A stretch of DNA of 64,000 bases from Candidatus Niyogibacteria bacterium (GCA_016214345.1 JACROR010000009.1:66447-130446); one strand, 5' to 3'. Numbered from the stretch's first letter, positions 39,320 to 48,996 are shown. A program made the numbers and translations. Notes: generated from the letters alone by a model not told the origin.

Positions 39320-39802
39320 ATGCATTTTTTATTCCATAATTTGAAACACGATTTTAGTTTCGCCGAGCTGATAGACGCGATAGTTTTTTATATTGACGAG
39401 AATCCGCGCGATCGTTATGAGATAGTGGTGGGTACGGATTCGCGGGCGGCGGAAAAAGTTTGTTTTGTGACCGCGGTCGGCGTTTGGCGCGTGGGGCACG
39501 GCGGCAGATATTTTTGGACCAAGTCTCCGGAATCGGCGTGTCCCATTTTGCGGGATCGTATTTACAAAGAAGCCATGCAATCCATCATGCTGATGCAGGA
39601 ATTAAAAAGCGCGTTGCGGGAACGTTTAGGGGAGGAATTTTTCTGGGATAATAAGATAACCGTACACATTGACGTGGGACAAAATGGCCCGACCCGGGAA
39701 TTCATAGACGGTTTGGTAGGCATGGTGAAAGGCTTCGGTTTTGAGGCCGCGATCAAACCATATTCGTTCGGCGCATCGATTTTGGCGGATCGGCATACTT
39801 AA
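39320..39802 (+). CDS. RNase H-like YkuK (DUF458) family protein
   Basis: VGTDS, RIYKEA, VHIDVG..GPT and ADRHT motifs. Confidence 0.85.
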   Translation: MHFLFHNLKHDFSFAELIDAIVFYIDENPRDRYEIVVGTDSRAAEKVCFVTAVGVWRVGHGGRYFWTKSPESACPILRDRIYKEAMQSIMLMQELKSALRERLGEEFFWDNKITVHIDVGQNGPTREFIDGLVGMVKGFGFEAAIKPYSFGASILADRHT

Positions 39803-39837
39803 ATCCAGCACCTTTTTGTTACAAAAAGATGCTGGAT
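39803..39837. repeat. ATCCAGCACC-type palindromic element (short copy)
   Basis: ATCCAGCACCTTTTTGT-T-ACAAAAAGATGCTGGAT; degenerate copy near 42664, long copy 57604-57709. Confidence 0.7.
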
Positions 39838-39922
39838 TAAAAAATAATATTTGCATCCATTCAGTTGGAAAGTTATCAGGGCAGAAAGTTTATAAGGTCA
39901 CTAGTAAAATAAATTTAATTAC

Positions 39923-39995
39923 GCACCCATAGCTCAGTTGGTAGAGCAACTCCCTCTTAAGGAGATGGTCGTAGGTTCGAATCCTACTGGGTGCA
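39923..39995 (+). tRNA. tRNA-Lys(CTT)
   Basis: Cloverleaf GCACCCA/TGGGTGC; anticodon loop CTCTTAA; GGTTCGAATCC; CCA not encoded. Confidence 0.95.
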
Positions 39996-40202
39996 TAAGA
40001 CAAGAAATTATGTTAAAATAATTGGAATCACATGAATCGAAACCGCAAAAGAACTCGGAGAAAAACATCGGCTCGAACCACATTTTAATTTTGGGGGAAG
40101 AAAATTTTTAATCATATAGCATCGATAACTCATACTAGTCAATTTCACCTACCCGCCAACTTTGTTCCACAGATCTTAAAAGCAACCAGATTTGCCTTTA
40201 AG

Positions 40203-40526
40203 ATGTTTTCGCCAATTATCATTCCAATTGTTGCGGTCGGAATTTTTGGCATTACGCTTAGAATAATTATAAACAGAATTCGTCAACTTCCGCTCGAACC
40301 CGGTGTCGGCTTTTTTGGTCGGCTCGTCAAGCAAAAAAAGTTAATTGCTTTTCTCCTCGCTACTATAAGTGCATTTTCCACTTGGCTTGCCCTACAACCG
40401 CCAGAATTTCAGCAAGCATTCATGTTGCCGATTCAGCTACTAACTGGTTTGGTTGTTTATGATAAGGCTCTTTTTGCACTTGCGACGACCTTGTTCGGAA
40501 TTGCTGTAGCCGCTCTATTTCTTTAA
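40203..40526 (+). CDS. hypothetical membrane protein
   Basis: 107-aa hydrophobic ORF downstream of the tRNA. Confidence 0.5.
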   Translation: MFSPIIIPIVAVGIFGITLRIIINRIRQLPLEPGVGFFGRLVKQKKLIAFLLATISAFSTWLALQPPEFQQAFMLPIQLLTGLVVYDKALFALATTLFGIAVAALFL

Positions 40527-40565
40527 AGTTTGCCGTTAAAGAAAAATAAGAATACAGCACCACAT

Positions 40566-40598
40566 AAAAAATCACCCGTCTTGGATGGGTGATTTTTG
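40566..40598. terminator. bidirectional terminator
   Basis: AAAAATCACCCGTC-TTG-GATGGGTGATTTTT. Confidence 0.75.
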
Positions 40599-40616
40599 TT
40601 TGCCGTGTTTTACGGC

Positions 40617-41714
40617 TTATTTTTTCGGAGAAGATTTTGGCGCTTTTTCCGGTTTCGGTTCCGGCTTTTCGTTGAGCCTTACCGTAACGAATTTGGTTTC
40701 GCCTTGGCGCATTATTTCCAAAACCACTTCGGTTCCGGGTTTTTGGAAAGAGATAAGGCGAGTAACGTCAACTATATTGCTCATCATCTGATCGTTCACT
40801 TTCAGGATAATATCGCCCTTTGTCAGGCCGTTTTTTTCCGCCACTCCGCCCGGAATGATAAATAGAGCGAGCGTTCCCGGAACCTTTTCGGGTAGTTTAT
40901 AGGCCTTGAAGTCATTGGACATTGTTTGGAAATTAAGATCGTGCAGAAAGGCGTAGTGCATGCCCAGATTGGCGCGCGTTACTTTGCCGCCCTCCATTAA
41001 TCTCGGTAAAAGTATTTTGAGATCACCGATTGGCACGGCCAGATTAATGCCCGTGATTTCTCCGTTTGTGGACAGGGTCATCATGTCAACTATTCCCACA
41101 ACTTGTCCTTGCCGGCTAATAAGCGGTCCGCCGGAAGAGCCAAAATATATGGGCGCGTCTGTTTGGAGAAAATAAGGATCATTATAATTATCTCCAAAAA
41201 AGAAAGTCGGATTTTTTGATACTATGCCCTCAGTGGCAGTCCACAAAGATCTGTTGGGATGTCCAAGGGCTATAATTTTTTGTCCGACCGGAGGATCTTC
41301 CCCGAGTTGTATGACGGGGAAATCAGTTCCTTGAATTTTAAGCAGGGCAACATCTCTTTGCGGATCAAAACCAATAAGGCTGGCTGGCTGGCAATTTTCG
41401 CGTTCCAAATCGCCATAGCGTTCTACCGCGTTTTCATAGAGGCAGGCTTGTATTGTGGAATCGGCGTGATTTACCACATGCCAGGCAGTTAAGATATATC
41501 CGTCTGTGGTTATTAAGAAACCGCTGCCATGGCCTCTTTCTTGGCTTTTAATGTTCGTAATGCCAATGAAAACTACGGCTTTTTTGGCTTCCGCGATGGT
41601 GCTCACTAATTGTTCATCGGTATTTGGCGCGTTTGCCACAGATGATTTTGGAGCATGCGCGCAGTCAACAAATTGCAATACGCAAATTAACAAGATGGTC
41701 AACAAATATCTCAT
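40617..41714 (-). CDS. HtrA/DegP-like trypsin serine protease with PDZ domain
   Basis: GSGF, LTAWHVV, DVALLK, TDAPIYFGSSGGPL; C-terminal PDZ; signal peptide. Confidence 0.9.
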   Translation of the reverse strand: MRYLLTILLICVLQFVDCAHAPKSSVANAPNTDEQLVSTIAEAKKAVVFIGITNIKSQERGHGSGFLITTDGYILTAWHVVNHADSTIQACLYENAVERYGDLERENCQPASLIGFDPQRDVALLKIQGTDFPVIQLGEDPPVGQKIIALGHPNRSLWTATEGIVSKNPTFFFGDNYNDPYFLQTDAPIYFGSSGGPLISRQGQVVGIVDMMTLSTNGEITGINLAVPIGDLKILLPRLMEGGKVTRANLGMHYAFLHDLNFQTMSNDFKAYKLPEKVPGTLALFIIPGGVAEKNGLTKGDIILKVNDQMMSNIVDVTRLISFQKPGTEVVLEIMRQGETKFVTVRLNEKPEPKPEKAPKSSPKK

Positions 41715-41753
41715 TACTTCCTCCTCACCATTCAGTTTTCAAAGTTCTTGTTT

Positions 41754-42011
41754 AAAAAAAATCCCAAGGCATTGCCCGGGTTTTTTGCATATTCAATTAA
41801 CCCCTTTCAGGATAGAGTCGTTCCCCTTACCCAGAAAGTCATTATTTCAGATAATGTATTGATGGTTATTATTCACACCAATGACATCGGCCAAATAATA
41901 GGCTTTGCCATATCATGCGCGCCCGTAGCGCGCAATGGCTTTCTGGGTGAGGGGTGCCCTTTCCTTCAGGTATTGTTGTTAAGCTTAGCAGGATGCGATT
42001 ATTTTTGTCAA
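41754..42011 (-). promoter_or_regulatory. promoter, structured leader and terminator upstream of the htrA-like gene
   Basis: TTGACA-18-TAAGCT on -; 21-bp inverted repeat 41823-43/41934-54; terminator-like hairpin 41754-86. Confidence 0.5.
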
Positions 42012-42073
42012 TAAGATAGAGTTTGATGCGGCATATGAATTAAAAAACGAATTTTTTGTGATAGAATGTATGT

Positions 42074-42637
42074 ATGGGAGAAATAATAGAGATCGGAAAA
42101 TTATTGGTTAAATTGATTTTGTTGCTGGCGTCGGCGGCGGCGATTTACGCCCTTGCCATGAGTTCAAGCATTATAATTAATCATAAAGAAAATATTATGA
42201 AAATTTCTAGTCCGATTTTTGAAGAAGGGGCGGCGATCCCGGAAAAATACACCTGTGACGGAGATGACGCGAGTCCGGCTTTGGAAATTTCGGGCGTTCC
42301 GGCGGGGACGCAAAGCCTCGCGTTGTTAATGGACGATCCGGATTCGCCTTCCGGCAATTTCGTGCATTGGACGATCTGGAATATTCGCGCGAATGAAACG
42401 GAAATTAAAGAGAATACAAAACCGGAGGGGGCGGTGGAAGGCGTTAACAGTTTCGGTAATATAGGTTACGGAGGACCGTGCCCGCATGCCGGTACTCACC
42501 GCTATTTTTTTCGGCTGTACGCGCTGGATAAGACGCTTGATTTATCATCCGGCGCGGACGTAGTGGCGCTAAAACAATCCATGGAGGGGCATGTATTGGC
42601 TGAAGCGAAATTGATGGGAAATTATACGCGGCGCTAA
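42074..42637 (+). CDS. YbhB/YbcL (PEBP) family protein
   Basis: YTCDG, DDPD, FVHW, YGGPCP and HRYFFRLYALD motifs. Confidence 0.9.
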   Translation: MGEIIEIGKLLVKLILLLASAAAIYALAMSSSIIINHKENIMKISSPIFEEGAAIPEKYTCDGDDASPALEISGVPAGTQSLALLMDDPDSPSGNFVHWTIWNIRANETEIKENTKPEGAVEGVNSFGNIGYGGPCPHAGTHRYFFRLYALDKTLDLSSGADVVALKQSMEGHVLAEAKLMGNYTRR

Positions 42638-42698
42638 ATTTTTCCGCTAAATTTTTAATAATAATCCAGCGCCTTTTTGTTACAAAAAATGCCGAATT

Positions 42699-43721
42699 TT
42701 ATTTCAACAACCCTTTTAATTCCAGAAATATCAATATGAACCATCCCAGTTGCAAGACGAAGAAAAGCACTAGCTGGATCACTTCCAACGCGTGATAGCG
42801 CGTAACGCTGAAATTTTCAGATACGATATTATATACATCTTCTATGGATTCCAATTTGTCTTTGATGATCGTCCGCCATTCGTCAAAGCGGAACATTTTG
42901 GCGAACATTTCGTATAATTTGGCGGAGTACCAATCGCCGATCAATTTAATTTCCCGTTCAATGACATCAAATTGCGAAATGGATTGCCCGCGCAAAGCTA
43001 TGACTTCTTTAAAGGCTTTTTCCATATCCTTGGTGCTCCATACCACAAGTCTGGTGTTCGGAGACTTTGCAATTAATTTTGAAGCCTTGGTAAGGCGTTC
43101 GGACAGATCTTGTTCCAAAATGCGGTAGCGAAGCAATTGTAGCGTGGCAATTTGAAATAGCTCTATATCCGATTGATATTCTTCGCCCGGTTCAAACATG
43201 AAAGCTCCGTCCCAGCCGATAATGGTGAGATCGTTTTGCGCGTATTTAATTTGATTTTGCACCGCATATTTTATTTCATATTCGTCCAACGCGATCCTTT
43301 CTGATTTTAAAAACCTTACTATGGCGGGGGACTGGTTGAAAAATTGTTCCGGATTTCCTTGATATCCTGATACCATGGCTACGGCATATTCTTCGCTCAT
43401 TTCAAAACTGCCGCCATGTTCTTTGCTTATTTGTTGGCAGGCATCTATCAATTTTTTCCGTAATTCAAAGGCTTCTATGGAAAAAACATCATCTATTTCA
43501 GTCGCGGCTTCTACCACTAAAATGTCCGGATGATAAGATTTGATGAGAAAATTGATATCTTTGCCGTCAATATTTTTCTTTTTTTGGCCGATGGTGTGTT
43601 GGGGCGGTATGGTGGTGGCAAAATAATGCGGCGCGCTCTGCGGCGGGAGCGTCATTACCAGCTCGCCCTTTTTGAGCTTGGAAGATTCAGCTAAAACAAA
43701 TGATATAAGCTTATGCGACAT
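42699..43721 (-). CDS. hypothetical protein with C-terminal TM
   Basis: 340 aa; coiled-coil region followed by one TM. Confidence 0.7.
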   Translation of the reverse strand: MSHKLISFVLAESSKLKKGELVMTLPPQSAPHYFATTIPPQHTIGQKKKNIDGKDINFLIKSYHPDILVVEAATEIDDVFSIEAFELRKKLIDACQQISKEHGGSFEMSEEYAVAMVSGYQGNPEQFFNQSPAIVRFLKSERIALDEYEIKYAVQNQIKYAQNDLTIIGWDGAFMFEPGEEYQSDIELFQIATLQLLRYRILEQDLSERLTKASKLIAKSPNTRLVVWSTKDMEKAFKEVIALRGQSISQFDVIEREIKLIGDWYSAKLYEMFAKMFRFDEWRTIIKDKLESIEDVYNIVSENFSVTRYHALEVIQLVLFFVLQLGWFILIFLELKGLLK

Positions 43722-43772
43722 ATATCCTTATTTTAGCAAAATTCGGCCATTTTTGGAATTTTTAACACGGCG

Positions 43773-43813
43773 AAAACCAGCACTTGGAAGCTTAGCTTCC
43801 AAGTGCTGGTTTT
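43773..43813. repeat. REP-like palindrome / terminator after tRNA-Pro
   Basis: AAAACCAGCACTTGGAAGCT-T-AGCTTCCAAGTGCTGGTTTT with perfect 20-bp arms. Confidence 0.8.
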
Positions 43814-43829
43814 GGGAGTTTTATTCAAT

Positions 43830-43900
43830 TCGGGCTGCGGAGAATCGGACTCCGTCCTCACCCACCCCAAGGGTGTGCGCTGCCGTTACGCTACAGCCCG
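43830..43900 (-). tRNA. tRNA-Pro(GGG)
   Basis: CGGGCTG/CAGCCCG acceptor stem; CACCC-TTGGGGT-GGGTG anticodon arm; T-loop TCCGATT. Confidence 0.9.
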
Positions 43901-43928
43901 TAAAACCTTGCTTGTTTAAAAAGCGCGG

Positions 43929-44153
43929 TTATTTTGCCGCCTGCCTACCGGACAGGCGGGCGCTTTTGATGTTCATTTGAAGATTTTTCTTTAAGCAACG
44001 CGTGCAGATCTTAATGCGTCCTCCCGAGGGAAGGCGAGCCCATTGCAAGTTGGGATATTTTCTTTTGTGCGGCGTGGGATTGTACTTTCCGCGTAGAAGA
44101 TTTCTTTTGCCTCCCATGCGGGAGCCTTTTTCACAAATGGCGCATTTAGTCAT
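43929..44153 (-). CDS. rpmB: 50S ribosomal protein L28
   Basis: CAICEK..KRKYPNLQ..ICTRCLK. Confidence 0.9.
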   Translation of the reverse strand: MTKCAICEKGSRMGGKRNLLRGKYNPTPHKRKYPNLQWARLPSGGRIKICTRCLKKNLQMNIKSARLSGRQAAK

Positions 44154-44242
44154 AATGGAATTCAAATATTGCTAATAGATAGATATTTTATTATATGTAT
44201 TATATTATTTGTATACTGTATAATAATTCAAAATAATTGTCT

Positions 44243-44872
44243 ATGACTTCAGGTTTTGATTTTGTTTTTTCCGTAGCGGTGCTCATAATGTCCGTGGTGG
44301 TGCATGAAGTGTCGCACGGTTATGTCGCTTACCGGTTGGGAGACATGACGGCTAAATACGCGGGGAGATTGACGCTCAATCCGTTGCAACATTTGGATTT
44401 TTTGGGATCTTTTATCGTTCCCGCGGTGACTTATTTGATAGGAGGATTTATTTTCGGCTGGGCCAAGCCCGTGCCGTATAATCCTTATAATTTGAGCAAT
44501 CAAAAATGGGGACCGGCCTTGGTCGCTTTGGGCGGCCCCGCGGCGAATCTCTCCATTGCTTTGGTTTTCGGGTTGTTCGTGCGGTTTACTTTGCATAGCG
44601 CGTGGATCGTTTTGCCGACAGCTTTCATTCAGATAGTAACTTTGATCGTATTCATCAATATACTTTTGGCGGTGTTTAATTTGGTACCCATTCCGCCGTT
44701 AGATGGCTCTAAAATTCTTTTCGCGCTCATCCCTCACCGTTTACAATATATCACGGCATTTTTGGAGCAATACGGAATGTTTTTGCTGTTGCTCTTTATT
44801 TTCTTTTTTTGGAGCATGGTTTTGCCTGTGGTATTTTTCATTTTTCGCCTCTTGACCGGCATGGGGATTTAG
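44243..44872 (+). CDS. site-2 protease (M50) family
   Basis: HEVSH, GPAAN and FNLVPIPPLDG motifs. Confidence 0.9.
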   Translation: MTSGFDFVFSVAVLIMSVVVHEVSHGYVAYRLGDMTAKYAGRLTLNPLQHLDFLGSFIVPAVTYLIGGFIFGWAKPVPYNPYNLSNQKWGPALVALGGPAANLSIALVFGLFVRFTLHSAWIVLPTAFIQIVTLIVFINILLAVFNLVPIPPLDGSKILFALIPHRLQYITAFLEQYGMFLLLLFIFFFWSMVLPVVFFIFRLLTGMGI

Positions 44873-44880
44873 ATTGGCGA

Positions 44881-44946
44881 TTGACGCGAAGCGAAATATT
44901 TCGTACAATACACCATAATTTAAGTTGACCTTTTACAATAAGGAGG
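44881..44946 (+). promoter_or_regulatory. promoter + boxA-like motif + SD
   Basis: TTGACG-17-TACAAT; TGACCTTTTACAA 44926-38; AAGGAGG. Confidence 0.6.
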
Positions 44947-44950
44947 ATGA

Positions 44951-45604
44951 ATGTCGGTGACTGTATGCGTTATTTTCCTGGTTTTTATGTCTATTGTGGC
45001 GCACGAAGTGGCGCATGGATATGTTGCTTATCGGCTGGGCGATCCAACCGCTAAAATGCACGGACGCCTGACTATGAATCCATTGGCACATGTGGATTTG
45101 GTTGGCACGATTATTTTGCCGCTCTTCATGTATTTTACTTCCGGATTTATTTTCGGTTGGGCGAAGCCGGTGCCTGTTAATCCGCGTAATTTCAAAAATC
45201 CGGTGCGCGATTTCGGCATTGTAGGAGCGGCGGGTCCAGCGGCAAATATCGCCATAGCGGTGGCCTTGGGGATTTTTGCCAGATCCGTATTATTCTTTGG
45301 TTTGATGCCCCTAGGCACTGAAAGCCTGGCCGCAACGGCAATTGAAATAGCCTTTTATGTGGCCATGATTAATATTTTGTTGGCTTTGTTTAACCTAATT
45401 CCCCTTCCACCGTTGGACGGATCCAGAATACTTTTTGCCGTATTGCCGCAAAAATGGCAAAGCGCGCAGGATGTGCTGGAAAAATTCGGCATAGTCGGCA
45501 TGTTTCTTGCCTTCGGGATTATTTATTACTACTTTGAAGTTTTCCGATACGCAACTTACGAAATAGCAAGATTAATTTTCGGCTTCTACAGCTTTCATAT
45601 TTAG
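44951..45604 (+). CDS. second site-2 protease (M50) paralog
   Basis: HEVAH and FNLIPLPPLDG motifs. Confidence 0.9.
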   Translation: MSVTVCVIFLVFMSIVAHEVAHGYVAYRLGDPTAKMHGRLTMNPLAHVDLVGTIILPLFMYFTSGFIFGWAKPVPVNPRNFKNPVRDFGIVGAAGPAANIAIAVALGIFARSVLFFGLMPLGTESLAATAIEIAFYVAMINILLALFNLIPLPPLDGSRILFAVLPQKWQSAQDVLEKFGIVGMFLAFGIIYYYFEVFRYATYEIARLIFGFYSFHI

Positions 45605-45722
45605 TAACCTGATAAGATTTAAAACCCCCGTATCGGGGTTTTTCTTTTTGATTAATTTTACAGTATAAGGTTAACTGTACATAGAGTTGACGCTATTTTT
45701 TTATTTTGATAGAGTGGTTCGT

Positions 45723-46139
45723 ATGCCTACGATAAATCAGCTGTGTAAAACTAAACGGCAAGAAGTCAGGAAGAAGCCCAAAGCGGTGGCGCTTTTGCGC
45801 AGTTTTAATTTGTTGAAGAACCGGCCGAATTTTTACGCTTCGCCTTTCAAGCGCGGAGTATGCGTCAATGTAAAAACCGTAACTCCGAAAAAACCGAACT
45901 CCGCTTTGCGAAAAGTGGCGAGAGTGCGGTTGACCAATGGCATGGAAGTAACCGCTTATATTCCGGGAGAAGGGCATAATTTGCAGGAGCATTCCATTGT
46001 GATGATAAGAGGCGGCAGGGTTAAAGACTTGCCCGGAGTGAGGTATCATATCGTGCGCGGCGTTTTGGATGCCACGGGCGTGGAGAAAAGACGCCAAGGC
46101 AGATCTCGCTACGGCGCGAAGAGGCCTAAGAGTAAATAA
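45723..46139 (+). CDS. rpsL: 30S ribosomal protein S12
   Basis: [25 protein letters not shown]; TTGACG-17-TAGAGT ends 7 nt before the ATG. Confidence 0.98.
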   Translation: MPTINQLCKTKRQEVRKKPKAVALLRSFNLLKNRPNFYASPFKRGVCVNVKTVTPKKPNSALRKVARVRLTNGMEVTAYIPGEGHNLQEHSIVMIRGGRVKDLPGVRYHIVRGVLDATGVEKRRQGRSRYGAKRPKSK

Positions 46140-46145
46140 AAAATC

Positions 46146-46616
46146 ATGCGAAGAAAAATAAAAAATAAAAGAATGTTGGCCGCGGATCCGGTTTACGATT
46201 CCGAGTTGGCAGCCAAATTCATAAATATTTTAATGTGGGACGGCAAGAAATCAGTGGCGCGCCGCGCTTTTTATAATGCGCTGGAAGAAGTTAAAAAAAC
46301 CACCAAATTGGACAATCCCATGGCGATCATGGAGGAGGCCATCAAAAATGTTTCCCCTTCGCTTGAAGTTCGTTCGCGGCGAGTGGGCGGCGCCAATTAT
46401 CAGGTGCCTCGCGAAGTGAGGCGAGAGCGGGCGCAAACGCTCGCTTTCCGCTGGATCATCGGCGCGGCGCGTTCCCGCAAGGGCAAATCCATAGCTAACA
46501 AATTGGCGGAAGAATTTATTTTGGCCTCCAAAAACGAAGGCACGGCCATTAAAAAGAAAGAGGATACGCACCGCATGGCCGAAGCCAACCGGGCTTTCGC
46601 GCATTTTGCCTGGTAA
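46146..46616 (+). CDS. rpsG: 30S ribosomal protein S7
   Basis: RRVGGANYQVP and HRMAEANRAFAH. Confidence 0.98.
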   Translation: MRRKIKNKRMLAADPVYDSELAAKFINILMWDGKKSVARRAFYNALEEVKKTTKLDNPMAIMEEAIKNVSPSLEVRSRRVGGANYQVPREVRRERAQTLAFRWIIGAARSRKGKSIANKLAEEFILASKNEGTAIKKKEDTHRMAEANRAFAHFAW

Positions 46617-46654
46617 AAATTACTCAATATTTAATATAGGCGGCTTTATTATTC

Positions 46655-48757
46655 ATGGCAGAGGATTATCCCATAAGTAAAATTCGCGATATAGGCATTA
46701 TCGCCCATATTGACGCGGGCAAGACCACGGTCTCCGAGCGCGTGCTTTTTTATACGGGAGTTTCTTATAAAATAGGCGAGGTGCATGAAGGCGAAGCGGT
46801 GATGGATTGGATGGAACAGGAACAGGAACGCGGCATCACCATTACTTCCGCGGCAACCACTTGTTTTTGGACGCCGACTTACGTCAAAGGAGATAAAGAA
46901 CAAGAGTATCGCATAAATATCATAGACACGCCCGGGCACGTGGATTTTACGGTAGAGGTGGAGAGATCGCTTCGCGTGTTGGACGGCGGAGTCGTGGTTT
47001 TTGACGGTGTGGCCGGAGTGGAGCCGCAGTCCGAGACAGTGTGGAGGCAGGCGGATAAATACAAAGTTCCGCGCATTTGTTTTGTGAACAAATTGGATCG
47101 CATGGGAGCGAATTTTGAAAAATCTTATAATTCCATTTTGGAACGCTTGACGCCGAATGCCATTCCCGTAACGCTGCCTATCGGCGCGGAGGAAAATTTT
47201 GCAGGCATTATTAATTTGCTGGATATGCAGGCTTATTATTTTGAAGGCGAACACGGAGAAAATGTGATAAAGAAAGCCATTCCCGATGATCTGAAAGCCG
47301 AAGCGGACAAGTGGCGAGCCAAATTGGTGGAAAAAGCGGCGGAGTGCGACGACGAGTCAATGAATAAATATTTGGAAGGCAAAGAAATTTCCGATCCAGA
47401 ATTAAAAGCGGCGATTCGCAAGGGCTGTCTGGCTTATACGCTTATACCGGTATTTTGCGGTTCGGCCTTGAAAAATAAAGCGGTTCAGTTCATGTTGGAC
47501 GGCGTGGTGGATTTTTTACCTTCTCCTTTGGATGTTCCTCCCATTAAAGGCTTGAATCCGAATACGGAAGAAACCATAGAGCTGGTGGCGGACGACAAAG
47601 CTCCGTTCACGGCGCTCGCTTTTAAATTGCAAAACGATCCTTTCGTGGGCCAGCTGACCTATTTTCGCGTTTATTCCGGAGTGTTGAAGCCGAGTTCTTA
47701 TGTGCTTAATTCCACCACCGGAGAAAGAGAGCGCATAGGCAGGATACTTCGCATGCATGCCAATCACCGGGAAGAGGTGGAAGAAATCAGCGCCGGCGGT
47801 ATCGGGGCCATCATAGGACTTAAAAATACCAAGACCGGAGACACGCTTTGCGATGAGAATCGTCCCGTGGTTTTGGAAGCGATAGAATTCCCGGAACCGG
47901 TGGTGTCTTTGCGTATTGAGCCGAAAACCAAAGCGGATCAGGAAAAATTGGGATTGGCCATACGGCGGCTTGCCATGGAAGATCCGACTTTTAAGGTAAA
48001 GTCCGATCCCGATACCCTGGAAACCATTATTTCCGGCATGGGTGAATTGCATTTGGAAGTTTTGGTGGACAGGATGAGGCGGGAATTTAAAGTGGAAGCC
48101 AATACCGGCAAGCCGCAGGTGGCTTATAAAGAAACCGTCAAGAAGACGGCGGAGGCCGAAGGCAAGTACATCAAGCAATCCGGCGGCCGCGGCCAATACG
48201 GCCATGTGAGGCTGCGCATTGAAGCGTTGCCGCGCGGGACTGGTTTTGAATTTGAAAACGAGATTAAGGGAGGATCGGTGCCGCAAGAATTCATTCCAGC
48301 GATTGAAAAAGGGGTGCGCGAAGCGCTAGATCGCGGCGTTTTGTCCGGACATCCATTAGTGGATATACGGATCGCGCTCTACGACGGGTCTTACCACGAA
48401 GTGGATTCTTCCGAGGCCGCTTTCAAAATTGCGGCGTCCATGGCTTTGCAAGAGGTGGCAAAACGGGCTTCTCCTATTATATTAGAGCCCATCATGAAGG
48501 TGGAGGTGGTGACCCCGGAAAAATTTTTAGGCGACATTACGGGAAGTTTGAGTTCCAAGCGGGGGCGTATTGAAAATATGAGCGACAGATATAATACCAA
48601 AGTTATAGACGCGCAGGTGCCGCTTTCTGAAATGTTCGGCTATGTTACGGCGCTTCGTTCCATGAGCGAAGGACGGGCCACTTATACCATGGAGTTTTTG
48701 CGTTATGACGAGGTGCCGCAAAGCGTTGCCGCGCTTATTATAGAAGGTAAAAAATAA
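46655..48757 (+). CDS. fusA: elongation factor G
   Basis: [17 protein letters not shown] and NKLD. Confidence 0.98.
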   Translation: MAEDYPISKIRDIGIIAHIDAGKTTVSERVLFYTGVSYKIGEVHEGEAVMDWMEQEQERGITITSAATTCFWTPTYVKGDKEQEYRINIIDTPGHVDFTVEVERSLRVLDGGVVVFDGVAGVEPQSETVWRQADKYKVPRICFVNKLDRMGANFEKSYNSILERLTPNAIPVTLPIGAEENFAGIINLLDMQAYYFEGEHGENVIKKAIPDDLKAEADKWRAKLVEKAAECDDESMNKYLEGKEISDPELKAAIRKGCLAYTLIPVFCGSALKNKAVQFMLDGVVDFLPSPLDVPPIKGLNPNTEETIELVADDKAPFTALAFKLQNDPFVGQLTYFRVYSGVLKPSSYVLNSTTGERERIGRILRMHANHREEVEEISAGGIGAIIGLKNTKTGDTLCDENRPVVLEAIEFPEPVVSLRIEPKTKADQEKLGLAIRRLAMEDPTFKVKSDPDTLETIISGMGELHLEVLVDRMRREFKVEANTGKPQVAYKETVKKTAEAEGKYIKQSGGRGQYGHVRLRIEALPRGTGFEFENEIKGGSVPQEFIPAIEKGVREALDRGVLSGHPLVDIRIALYDGSYHEVDSSEAAFKIAASMALQEVAKRASPIILEPIMKVEVVTPEKFLGDITGSLSSKRGRIENMSDRYNTKVIDAQVPLSEMFGYVTALRSMSEGRATYTMEFLRYDEVPQSVAALIIEGKK

Positions 48758-48760
48758 TTT

Positions 48761-48868
48761 ATGAAGAATGAAGATTTGCCTGCCGGTGAGGCAGGAAAAA
48801 GCGTATCTGAAGAATTGTTGGCTGATGATTTGGAGTTTGACTCTGATTTGTCCAGCTTGCCCGTATAA
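48761..48868 (+). CDS. 35-aa acidic peptide between fusA and tuf (not in ORF track)
   Basis: MKNEDLPAGEAGKSVSEELLADDLEFDSDLSSLPV; starts 3 nt after the fusA stop; contains a CCTGCC..GGCAGG palindrome. Confidence 0.35.
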   Translation: MKNEDLPAGEAGKSVSEELLADDLEFDSDLSSLPV

Positions 48869-48996
48869 TTAAAAGCGAAAAACTACACGGGGTTGACGAA
48901 AAATTTTATTTGTATAGAATAGAGCATAGTTGCAATTTTGCAATATTTTATTTATTATAAAGTGTAATTATTAAATAGTAATTAAAGTTAAATAAT

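Noticed and set aside
39996-40560. tRNA-Lys-anchored genomic island
   Set aside because: No integrase and no duplicated tRNA 3' end found.
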